A stretch of 63,896 bases of DNA, from the NCBI GenBank assembly GCA_028534125.1, contig CM052816.1:83144001-83207896 (forward strand). Reading direction: 5' to 3'. Under the pieces are notes generated by a model. The model ran no database searches. It was not told the DNA's origin and saw nothing but the letters and a program-made list of their open reading frames with translations. Position numbers and translations under genes: made by a program. Source of the stretch: Lama glama. Its lineage: Eukaryota. Shown piece by piece: positions 40,335 through 52,779 of the stretch (within the stretch, counting starts at the first letter, position 1; the number at the start of each line of letters is the position of its first letter).

Positions 40335-41051
40335 ACCCATTTTTCACCCTGCCCCTTATTTTCCCTCCTCCATACCCTCTCTGTATTGGTAACCACTAGT
40401 TTGTTTTCTGTATCTGTGAGTCTATTTCTGTTTTTTTTGTTTTATTCACTAGGTTGTCATATTTTTTAGATTCCATATATAAGTGATATAAAACAGTATT
40501 TTTCTTTCTCTGTCTGACTTATTTCACTTAGAATAATGCCCTCCAAGTCCATCTATTTGCTAAAAATGGCAAAAATTTCATCCATTTTTATGGCTGAGTA
40601 GTATTCCATTGTACATATGTACCACATCTTCTTTATGCATTCATCTGTGGATGGACACTTAGAGTGCTTCTTTTTTTTTAACATTTTTTATTGATTTATA
40701 ATCATTTTACAATGTTGTGTCAAATTCCAGTGTTCAGCACAATTTTTCAGTCATTCATGGACATATACACACTCATTGTCACATTTTTTTCTCTGTGATT
40801 TATCATAACATTTTGTGTATATTTCCCTGTGCTATACTTAGAGTGCTTCTATACCTTGGTGATTGTAAATAATGCTGCTATAAACATTGGAGCATATCTA
40901 TCTTTTCTAATTAGTGGGTTTTTTGTTTTTTTTCTGGATGTATACCCAGGAGTGGAATTGCTGGGTCATACAGTAGTTCTATTTTTAGTTTTTTATAAAC
41001 CTCCAGACCGTTTTTCACAATGGCTGCATCTATTTACATTCCCACCAACAG
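40335..41051 (-). mobile_element. L1 3'-region fragment with no poly(A) end visible
   Basis: ggtaaccactagtttg...tctgacttatttcacttagaataatgccctccaagtccatc...tttacattcccaccaacag. Confidence 0.9.
40672..40835 (-). mobile_element. Young L1 3' end nested in an older L1
   Basis: 15-bp TSD acttagagtgcttct (40657-40671, 40836-40850). Confidence 0.95.
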
Positions 41052-43375
41052 ATTGCCTAACACAAAGGAAGAATTTCATTCTCCCCAACACCAACTATTG
41101 CTATTGTATTATAATTCTTGCTATAGTTGTTGTTGTTATTTTCTGCAGCATCCTGAGCTATTTCTTTACTTTGAAAATCCCAGTGCTTGAGGGAATGACT
41201 CCCCCATGCACTCAGCCTCTGTATAATTAGTGTTTGCAGCCTAGAGGAATAAAATTATGTTTGAGAATTTATGAGAATTGTTTGAGAATTTATATTTTGC
41301 CAAATGGCAGAAAGTTTCTTAAAACTGTTTCCATACTATATTCAAGAGGAATTTCATTGAAGGTCATATCCAAATTCTTACAGATAGTAGATATTTTGAG
41401 GAATGCATTGGCACTAAAGGTAAGTATCAATACAATTTCTTTCATGTTTTGTAAATAATGAATAGAAACAGAAATAGAGCTATCAATAAACACAGTTAAT
41501 AAAATGTGTATATTTGCAATAGAAAGTGACAACCTTCAAAGTTTGAAATTGGAGCAAATGCAAATAAAGAGATTAAAAATTCAGCAAAAATTGGTGTGTC
41601 AACTTGGGATAACTCACATCATAGGCAAAATTGCATCAGAAAACTCTGTGCCATACTTGGCTACAAAGCAGCAAGGGACATAAAAGTACATAAAGAAGAA
41701 TCATATGTAATTTCATAATTGCATCCTTGCATATCTTTACATTAAAAAGTGACAGTTTTCATATGATTTTTAAAAGTAATGTTCAAAATAGTGCATTGTC
41801 ATCATCCAATTTAATTCCACAAAAGCAATTACAAGCTTGGCCAATCTAGCAAGGCCCAAATACATAGTTAACTGATGGTTAGAGTTAATCCAGGGATAGA
41901 TTTATAAAAAGCATAATTGGTATATAAATACTATTTTGTTATAATATATGCCAATAATGCAGAAGTAGATAAATTAGAAGTTGCAATTTTCTCTTTAAAC
42001 TGATCTACCCACTCCCTGAATACCATACTTTCCCCAGTGGTATCCTGTCTTCATGGTTTGCTGAGTGTGTCATTCTTGAAATATTCTATGCATTTATCTG
42101 GTTTCTACACTAAATATGTATAACATATTTTGTTCAATTTTTTTCATTAATATATTTAATTAATATGGGAAATCATATTATTTCTATTTCAAACTTGCTT
42201 GTGTGTCTTGATGTGACAATTACTACTGTCATTTTGACCACATTTTATTTAACTGCTCTCATATTCACAGGTAAGATTGATTCCTCTTTTGGTCATTTTA
42301 AAACAAAACTACAGTAAACATATAGTACATACGTCCTTTTCACGTGCATATTTCTGTAACACATGTTCTTAGAACTTAAATTATTATTCTAAAGGATAAA
42401 TGTATTTTAAATTTCAGAAAATACCATAACATTCCTTGTCAAAAGTTTGTGCCTATTTATATAGATGATAACAATACCTGTGAATAATCATTTACTGTTT
42501 CATTCCACTCTTGTTGGAGAAAACTAGTTTATTTTTATTTATTACACATTTCTTTTGCTCTTACATCATTCTAATTGGGTTGTTTAATTTTATATATTCT
42601 TTTTATGAAGTATTTATTCTAATTAGATTATACCCATTTTATACTGCCCAGTCTCTTAAAGCATATCTTTTAAAAAACTTTGTATATAGTATATATTCAT
42701 TAATAGCTTATAGATTTTAAATATATGTATTAATAACAGGTTTTCTGTTTTGCTTTGTAAAGATTTCTTTAATCTGACTGAAAAAGTATAATGCTAATTG
42801 ATGATTAATTTTATATAGTTGCTATTTACTTTTATGTATTATTCATGTGGAATTATTTTTTCTTGTTCTTAATAACAGATTAATTTCATAATTGTTTTTG
42901 TTTTATTTTCTCAATGACTAGCCATTATTTTAAAAATTAGCTAACATTCTAAAAATTGTAAAATATTTTATTGGCTATTAATCTTTCCCCATATATTTGA
43001 ATTCCCAATATGCATTAAATGTTTCTAGATTCTGTTCTGTTCCACCAACTAGTGTGTGTATCATAGCAATTTATGACTTTATTTCCCGTCTCATTTTGGA
43101 ATTTTCAACATTTTCAATTATATTGAATAACATTCTTCTAAAAGTTGATATTTGTAAAATAATTTGTCCAATTCAGGAACATCATATATATCTTTGTATA
43201 TTTTATGTGTGTCAGGGATTTTTATAGTGGTATTTTGGTACGTAATATACCTATTGTATTAAATTATTCCTGATTATTTTGTAGTTGGTCACAAGTAATA
43301 TGCTATTTTTTAAATATTTAAAATTATCACTGGAATAGATTTTGCTGGAATATAAACAAACTGAAAAAAATGAAT

Positions 43376-43709
43376 TTTCTTAACATTTTTTATTGATTTA
43401 TAATCATTTTACAATGTTGTGTCAAATTCCAGTGTTCAGCACAATTTTTCAGTCATTCATGGACATATACACATTCATTGCCACATTTTTTTCTCTGTGA
43501 TTTATCATAGCATTTTGTGTATATTTCCCTGTGCTATACAGTGTAATCTTGTTTATCTATTCTACAATTTTGAAATCCCAGTCTATCCCTTCCCACCCTC
43601 CACCCCCCTGGTAACCACAAGTCTGTATTCTCTGTCCATGAGTCTATTTCTGTCCTGTATTTATGCTTTGTTTTTGTTTGTTTGTTTGTTTTTGTTTTTG
43701 TTTTTTAGA
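43376..43709 (-). mobile_element. Young L1 3' end running into the assembly gap
   Basis: Same subfamily as the 35315 and 40672 copies (aacattttttattgatttataatcattttacaatgttgtgtcaaattccagtgttcagc). Confidence 0.93.
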
Positions 43710-44209
43710 NNNNNNNNNNNNNNNNNNNNNNNNNNNNNNNNNNNNNNNNNNNNNNNNNNNNNNNNNNNNNNNNNNNNNNNNNNNNNNNNNNNNNNNNNNN
43801 NNNNNNNNNNNNNNNNNNNNNNNNNNNNNNNNNNNNNNNNNNNNNNNNNNNNNNNNNNNNNNNNNNNNNNNNNNNNNNNNNNNNNNNNNNNNNNNNNNNN
43901 NNNNNNNNNNNNNNNNNNNNNNNNNNNNNNNNNNNNNNNNNNNNNNNNNNNNNNNNNNNNNNNNNNNNNNNNNNNNNNNNNNNNNNNNNNNNNNNNNNNN
44001 NNNNNNNNNNNNNNNNNNNNNNNNNNNNNNNNNNNNNNNNNNNNNNNNNNNNNNNNNNNNNNNNNNNNNNNNNNNNNNNNNNNNNNNNNNNNNNNNNNNN
44101 NNNNNNNNNNNNNNNNNNNNNNNNNNNNNNNNNNNNNNNNNNNNNNNNNNNNNNNNNNNNNNNNNNNNNNNNNNNNNNNNNNNNNNNNNNNNNNNNNNNN
44201 NNNNNNNNN
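43710..44209. other. Assembly gap (500 N)
   Basis: Run of N. Confidence 1.
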
Positions 44210-47165
44210 CACAAAGACATAAGAAAAGAAAACTATAGGCCAATATCCCCAATAAATACAGATGCAAACATTGTCAGTAAAATACTAGCAAGCTGACTGA
44301 AATCAACAACATAGCAAAAGGATCATACATCATGACCAAATGGGATTTATCACTGGGGTGAAAGGATGGTTCTGCATAAAGCAAACTGGCCAGTGTGATA
44401 CATCACACTAACAGAATGAAAGGAGAAAAATGATTATCTCAAAAGATGAAGAAAAAGATTTTGCATCTTTTTTCAACATTTATTCACAGTAAAATTTTTC
44501 AACAAAGTAACTATAGAAGGAACTTACCTCACAATAAATGTATATGAGAAGCTCATGGCTAATAATATAATTAATGGGGAAAAATAGTAAACTTTTATTC
44601 TAAAATCCAGTACAAGGCAAGGATGCCCATCCTTGGCCAGTTCTATTTGACATTGTACTAGAATTTCGAGCCAGAGGAATTATATAAGAAAAAGAAATAA
44701 AAGTCATCCAAATAAAAAAGGAAAAAGTAAACTAATTTCTGTTTGGGGATAATATATTCATATCTGTTGAAAAATCTAAAGGTTCAATTTTGAAACTGTT
44801 AATATTATAAACAAATTCAGTAAAGTTGCAGGATATAAATCCAATATACAAAATTAGCCATATTTTCTGTATTTAATAATACTGTATGGCGTATTTATAA
44901 GACAGTAGATGTTATATTTTCTAATCACAAGAAAAAAATTTGGTAACTATGTATAGTGATGGATGTTAACTAGACTAATGATGGTGATCATTTTGCAACA
45001 TATACACATATTAAATCATTACATTGTACACCTGAAACTGTTATATGTCAGTTATACTTCAAGAAAAAGAAAGAAAACAAAATCAATCACATTTCTACAC
45101 ACAAACAATAAACTATTCAAAAAAGAAATTAAGAAAAAGGTCCCATTCACAGTAACAACAAAGAGAATGAAATACTTCAGGATGAACTTAACCAAAGAAG
45201 TGAGACAGTTGTACATTGAAAACTATAAAACATTGATGCAATAAATTAGACACAAAGGGAAAGACATCCAGTGTTCATGGATTGGAAGAATTAATATTGT
45301 TGAAATGTTTGTACTACCCAAAATGATCTACAGAATCAAAGCAATCCCTATCAAAACCCCAATGTCATTCTTTGCAGAAATAGATAAAAGAATCCTAAAC
45401 TTTACATGGAACCACAAAAGACCCCAAATAGGCAGAACAGTCTTGAGCCAGAAGAACAAAACTGGAAGAATCAGACTTCCTGATTTCAAAATCTATTACA
45501 AAGCTACAGTAATTAAAAACAAAACAAAACAAAACAGTATGGTACTGGAAAAAAACAGACATGTAGACAAATGAAACAGAATAGAGAGGCCAGAAATAAA
45601 TCCAAAGTTGCTAAGAACACACAATGGGAAAAGGATAGTTGTCTTCAATAAATAAGATTGATAAAACTGAATATCCACATTCAAGAGAATGATATTGGAC
45701 AGTTATCTCATACCATGTACTAAGATCAACTCAAAATAGATTAAAGTCTTAAGTGTGCACTTGAATCCATAAAATTACTACAATAAAACATAAGGAAAAG
45801 CTTCCTAACACTGGTCTTGGCAATGAGTTTCTTTTAATATAACACCAAAATCACAGGCAGCAAAAGCAAAATAGACAAGTGGGAAAACAACAAACTAAAA
45901 ATCTTCTGTACAGTAAAGGAAACAATCCACAAAATGAATTGGCAACCTAAGAATGGGAGAATAAACTGCAAATCATACATCCGATAAGAAGCTAATATCT
46001 AAAATAAGTAAGGAGCTCATACAACTCAATAGCCAAAAAAAAAAAAGTCCAATTTTTAAGAATGGATAAAGGGCTGGAATTAACATTCTCAAAAGAAGAC
46101 ATAAAAATAGCCAGAAGTTACGTAAAATGTGCTCAACATCATTAATCATCAAGAAAATTCAAATTAAAACCACAATGAGCTATCACTTCATACCTGTTAG
46201 AATGACTATTATCAAAAAGACAAATGATAGCACATATTAGGAGGATATGGAGAAAAAGGAACACTTGTACACTGTATGTGAGAATGCAAATTCATGCAGC
46301 CATTGTGGAAAACAACTTGGAGAGTCCTCAAAAAATTAAAACTAGAAGAACCTTATGATCTAGCAATTCAATTTCTGCATATAAATTATATCCAAAAGAA
46401 ATGAAGTCAGTATCTCAAAGAGATCTGCACTTCTATGTTTTTTGCCATATTATTCACAATAGAGAAGATATAGGAACAGACTAAATGTTCATCAACAAAT
46501 GAATGGATAGAGAAAATGTGAATGTATGTGTATGTATATATGTATGTATATATGTATATGTGTATGTATATACACATATGTATATGCATGTATGTATGTG
46601 TGTATATATGTGTGTGTATATATATGTAATAGAATATTAGTCAGCCTTTAAAAAGAATGAAATGCTGATATTTGCAACAACAAGGATGAACTTAAAGGAC
46701 ATTATGCTAAGTAAAACTACTTAGACACAGACACAAAAAGACAAATACTATGTGATCTCACTTATGTATGAAATCTACAATATCAAACTCATGGAAGCAG
46801 AGTATAACGGTTGTTTCCAGGGGTAGAGTGGGAGGGGGAAGTGGAGAGATCTTAGCCAAAGGGTACACAGATTTAGTTATGCAAGATGAATATTTCTGGG
46901 GATCTAATGTATAGCAGTGGGAGTACAGTTAACAATACTGTATTGTATACTTGGAATTTACTGAGAGGGTAACTCTTAAGTGTTCTTAACCATGCACACA
47001 TACACACAAAGCAAATAGTAACTATGTGAAGTGATAGATATTTTGATTAGCTTGATCATGCTGATTATTTCACAATGTTTACATATGTCAAAATAAAGTT
47101 GTACACTCTAAATATATATAAATTTTGTCAATTATGCCTCAATAAAAAAAGCTGGAAAAAATAAC
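44210..47165 (+). mobile_element. L1MA8/9-like element: decayed ORF2 (RT to C-terminus) and 3' UTR, with an internal TA/TG microsatellite at 46520-46625
   Basis: [42 protein letters not shown]...[14 protein letters not shown] is typical L1 ORF2; frameshifts and stops throughout. Confidence 0.93.
44874..45075 (+). mobile_element. L1 3' end nested inside the L1 ORF2
   Basis: gtaactatgtatagtgatggatgttaactagact...tgtacacctgaaact...atacttcaag plus A-rich tail, interrupting ORF2. Confidence 0.8.
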
Positions 47166-48214
47166 CAAAAAAGGAAATTAGGTACAGATATTTGTATAGT
47201 TAATTTCTCTATAATCTTTAAAGGATAAGTAATTCTAATAATATTTAACTCATTTCAGTCATGGAATAATGTATATTTTTTGATTCATTTTGTAAAATAA
47301 AAATGTAGCAACATGAAAAGATTATGGTTCTATCCCAGTTCTATATCAAATATAATTGATATGTTTATATATACTACAAAATATATAATATATTATAATA
47401 TAATACACAATGTATTGAAAGTACACTACATTATGATAAAGTAGAATTTGTTACAAGATTGAAAAGTTAGCTCAATAACAGGAGTTCTATCAATACATCT
47501 CATATTTATAAATTAAAACATTAATATTTTCTCTAATAATGCAGAAAGATTTCTTTGTAGCATTTAGAAATTTATTTTTAATAAATTGTCTAAACAAAAT
47601 GGAAATTGTAATCAAAATAATTTATCAAATTTTAATAGCAAGCAGCACTTTAGATAACAGAAGTGTCCACCAAGGAAAAGCCAGGATTAAGACATCCACG
47701 TTATTATGCAATATTATAACTCTTCTTTTACAATCAATAAGATAACATTAAATAATCTTTATTATAAGTATACAAAATGAAGAGATAAAATGTATCTTTT
47801 TTATTATATATTTTTATACCAACAAAAGCTAAGAGACAAGTAAATTCTTAAAAAAATACAATAATAGAACTAGGTAAATCAAATGGATGCAAAAAAACAA
47901 TTTATAACTAGGTCTTTCCTATTAGAAATAGTAATAGGATTTTTAAAAATCCATTCAACACAGTCGAATAGCTATGATACTTTGGAATAAACTTAAAGGA
48001 AAAATACCTGACTTTTATGAAGAAAGCAATACAGTTTTATTGAAGGACATAAAACAAACAGAACAAAGGGAAGGAACATACCATATTATTTGAGGAAATA
48101 CGTGTTTATAAAAATGTCAGTTTTTCCAAAATTTTATTAAAAATGCAATGTGATTCCAATTTAAAATCAATGTTTAGAGTTATGCTGTGATCTTAATGCT
48201 AGTGTGGAAGTTTG

Positions 48215-48640
48215 TCTTTGCTTGCTTGGTTACTTTGTTTACAAACTGGGAACGGTTTATTGGTTGTGTTGAGAAGCTTATGTATAGCCAAAGCATAGGG
48301 AGAAGGAGGAAGCTGTCTGGTGCTGGTAACTCGGTGGGGGCTGGAGAGTGGGCCTGGCAATACACTAAACTTCAGGAGTTTTTCTGAAAATTGGCCCAAC
48401 TACTACAATATGTCTCATGGGAACTGGGCTTCAGGACACAGCCCATGTGGAAGAGAGCAGTCAAAACTGGTTCTAAAAGCCAAGAAATTTACCTCCGGGC
48501 TCTCTACCGTTAGTCCCTTTTGTAGAGTCTGAGCCCACATGGTAGGGACATAACTCCCTCCTGTATTTAGGTTCAAGTGTTGCTCCTTTGTCTGGGGCCA
48601 GGCTGTGGGTGGTGGGTCACAGTGCTTTAAATAGCCACAA
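48215..48640 (-). mobile_element. Possible solo LTR, family not identified
   Basis: GC-richer block interrupting decayed L1M-like sequence, with a minus-strand AATAAA (tttatt at 48256) and ending ...gccaca. Confidence 0.4.
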
Positions 48641-51600
48641 AAATTATTTAAAGAGAATGGTTAGGTAAGAATCTTCTAGATTTTAACATGTAATATAGCT
48701 TAAAACAACCAACAAACAAAACTCAGACAGTATAGATGGAGAAAACAGCCAATCATAGTGAGGCTAAAAAAAGAAAAATTCAGAAAAAAGGGAGCTGAGG
48801 GACTTCCTTGCCGGTAGAACAGTGTTGAGGGAAATACTAAAGGATGTTCTTCAAGTTGGAGGGAAACACCACCCACTGGAACTGAAGTATAGGAAGGAAT
48901 AAAGAAAACAGAAATTGTAATTATATTTTAAAAAATAGCATTTCCTCTGCTTCTAATTTAGTTGAAAAACAACTGTCTGTCTTAAGCCAAAATAATAACA
49001 GTATATTGTATAACGGTCCCAGGTAATACAAATAAATAAATAATGAATAGAATCAATGAAATAAAAAAATTCAACACAAATACAACTAAGAGAGACAAAA
49101 GACGGATTTTTTGCTGAAAAGAAAGTTAATAAAATCGATACACTCCTAACATGACTGTTTAAGACAAGAGGGAGATTGTGATTGTGATTACCAGTACTAG
49201 GAGCTTAAAGTATTTATTACTAGAGTCACATAGGACTGGAAGAGAAAGAAGCCCCGGGCTTGTGATAAACTAGAAACCAAAGAGTTGGGTTTGAGAAAGA
49301 TGAGGCACTGAGATTTCTGGCAAGATACTGACAGCAAAGTGATTCTTAGATTTGGCAACATGGGGTTTGCTGAGGTCCTCCAAAGACCATTTTTGATAGA
49401 GCAAGAGGAGAGAGGCCAGACTGTTGTTGATTTGTTGAATAGTGTTTAGGTGATTGAAGAAAATTTATATGCAGATAATTCATCAAAAAGTTTGGCTGTG
49501 GAGCATAAGAAACTATAGCTTACCTGGAAAGGAATATATAGGCAATATGAATTTCTCCTTCTTTCTTTTTTTAATGTTTTAATTTAAAAGTAAACTATAA
49601 TGTTTATACAACTATAAGGAAACTGGTCTGCAAACAAAAGAACATTATTTCCTCTGCTCTGTAAAATATATTTGTGGATAAATAAAATGACATCAGTTGT
49701 TTTTATCATCTGAAAATCTTGCTGCAAAGAACCAATAATCTTGGTTAAATGTAAAATATAATGTTACTTTGTATTCACCTTCTTTTCAATAATAAAAGGA
49801 CTCTTAGGATTTATAATTGTAGCTTATTGTATGTAACATTCACAATGGAACTGACAGCCAATTAGTCAAGGATCTGTTGAATTAAGTAAAACTGCAATTT
49901 ACATGCTGTAAACAAAATGAAAGGGGAAAAAACAGCATTAGTTAAGAGATAAAAAAGATTTTAAAATCTTGTAGGCAACTGACCTCTGCTTCAGATGAAT
50001 GCATTTATGAACATGCAGATACTTTTAAGAGTAGTAAATGTATCTTGAATTTAATGGATAAAACGGCCAAAAGTCTGTAATTATTTTGTTCATTGTGTTA
50101 GGCAATTATTGTCAGTTTTAATGCTTTCCACTGTACCATGCCTTAGGCAAATACTCTCCATGTTCATGAATATTGGAGAGAGCAAGTCGTAAATCTGTAA
50201 ACTGAACATAAGCATCTTTCAAGCTGTCTGGCCTCTTGCGGTGTTTGCAAAGCTTAACATATATTTCAATCTGTACAGTGCTGTTTTTATTTGCTGCCTT
50301 CCATCTTTCTGTCCATCTTCCTGCCTCCTGTCTTTCCATCGATCCGTCATTTTTTCCAATTAAGGGCAAGCTAGATGACAGACATGACAGGCACTCGCTG
50401 TCCAATGCCACAGATTCTAAGTAGAAGTAATTACTGTGTTTGAAACTGAAGCAGTGCACCCACGCTGCCCCCACAGGTCTCTATGACAGTCAACTTGTTT
50501 GCATGATAGGCGTAGGTATGAAATGAAGGGTGGGGAATGAGGAATGCACTCTCAGAAGTGATTATTTGTGATAATCTTTTTAATTTTTAACAACTAAAAG
50601 CAAAATTTATGTTTCTCTGATTTTAAAATTGAGAAACTCATTTAATAATGGACAATGGTATACTCTGAACAGTGCAGCCCTGGAGAGGAAGATTTTGGGG
50701 GAAATGCTACAGGTTTTATGTGCAGAAATAACCTTGATTTTCCCTTGTTATTGGCCTTGTCATTAAAAATAAGAAAATAGGAACTTACAGCTGAGCCACA
50801 AAAATGATATGTATTTATTCAGCCTTCAGTAGAGTAAATTGTGTATAAAATATTAGAAAGACACACATAATTTGTATATATCACCACATATGATGATTTA
50901 CCTATATTTAGTAAACTCAGAAGGTATTTTTCGTTTGTTACTGTATTATAGAAGATGTGCCAGTTTTTAAACCAATGTACTAGTCCATAGTCTTAAAAAT
51001 AAAAATTGCCAAGTTGATTATCTGGTTAGAAATTCAGGTTTTGTCAGAAGCAAAAGAAAAATTCATCCAAATTGTATGTAATAATATAATTATATGAAAG
51101 TAGACTGTAAGCAATCATTTTACTTGTTCTGGTGTGATATAATTTGAAATGTAATTTATAAAGAAGCAGGAGATGACACTTTTTACAATGATGTAATAGC
51201 TGTCCCATTGCCAATTTAATACAGTTTACCCAATTAAGCGGTCTTGGGATTTGCCTTAGGGAAATGACTAGTTCTATGTTTGGGGCAGGAAATACACAAG
51301 ATGAATCTGATGCATAGTAAAATGTCAGAAACAATTGGCTACTCAAAAGTAATGGGATCATATCAGGAGAACCAAAGAGTCAGCTTTAACAGAATCTTTA
51401 GGCTAATGATAAGACAGTTTAAAAATTAAAAAAAAAAAAGACTAGGCAGTTAATTAAAACTCTTAAAATGTGAAAAATGAGTTTGTAAAGATGATGATAG
51501 AAGAAGAAAAAAGTAACATTAAAATGATAAAATCATTGGAGTTTGCCTAAGCATCAACTAATTTCTCTGAAAAGAGATAATGGTAAGGAAATACACATTT

Positions 51601-52779
51601 TACTATCTTTCTGGTAAGAACTGTATTTTTAACAATCAAATAGCTTTGAGGGTCACTGTTCCTAAAATGAATTCTGTCTCATAAATGGAGAAGAAATGAT
51701 CAAATTTAAATAACTTTCTTGCAATCTACATTGAAATAATGGATTAGGCAACAGTCGCAATGGCTGGTACCATTGTGTTAAGGTGGAATGTTAATTAGAA
51801 GAATTATGCTGGAGGCATGTCACCACCGCAATGCATTAATCAATCTTAGTACCAGAAACAAATTACTATGAAGGTAATCAAGCTTTAGTTTCACGTTCTC
51901 TTATTTGCATATGTCACTTCCAAGCCCTGGAAGGGGCTAGAACAATGAATGATGTTTGAAGCAATAAGTTAGGTTTTATGAATTTTAATTTTTTTGTGTG
52001 TGATTTCTTTACTATTTCTAACTTAATACTTATATTTGTAACCTTCTTGTAATTTTGTAGCTTTTTTGTTAAAGACGGGACTTCAAATTGTAAAAGCTTC
52101 AGGCCTTACATAATCTAGACTTGTTCCTGGTTACAGTCACTACAGTTGAGACAAACATAACACGTTTCCCCATGTTATGCAACTGAACCACCCAAAATTA
52201 TCTACACAGTATTCTTGCCAGAATTTTTGAAGTTGAATATAGTCAAACCTTTATATCTAACTAAAGTATTCAGAAAATATGGAGAACAAGGGAAAAGTTA
52301 AACTACCTCATAAGGAAGCAATCAATAAATCCAAAATATGGAGTATACTATAAAATAATTGGTTACATTTCTTTAAAATTTTAATGTAATTGAAAAAAAT
52401 TTAAATGGAGGGTTTTACATTTTTAAAATTCTGATGTGATCAAAAACTAAAAATATATTTTGGGGGTAATAAAAGAAATTGATTATGAATTAAAAGGTAT
52501 TACATAATGTTAATAAATCATTACATTTGTAACAAGTGCTAATGTGACTGTGTTTATGTAAGAAATTTTTTTTTGAGATTCATACTAACTCTAAAATTGT
52601 TTGATTTAAAGAACAAATATTGGGGGATAGATTTAAAACATGTAGAAAAACATGTGTTTGTTAGAGCTGGGTGATAAATTCATAAAATTTGTGGACCTTT
52701 CTTCTTTTGTGAGTATTTGAAGATTTTTATAATTTAAAAATATTTGTTAAATCTTCCCATAAACATTCTATTTACTTAC

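Noticed and set aside
34635..41049. Both captured copies lie ~4.2 kb from their sources
   Set aside because: Later insertions between each pair changed the distances unequally, so the equality is probably coincidental.
42245..42278. Recursive-splice-like motif ttcacag|gtaag
   Set aside because: Lies in decayed L1M-like AT-rich sequence with a modest pyrimidine tract and no supporting host gene.
43419..44267. Longest ORFs in the track (171-267 aa)
   Set aside because: Artefacts of translating through the 500-N gap.
50118..50474. 118-aa minus-strand ORF
   Set aside because: Non-ATG start, no pyrimidine tract before the candidate acceptor, and no recognisable domain.
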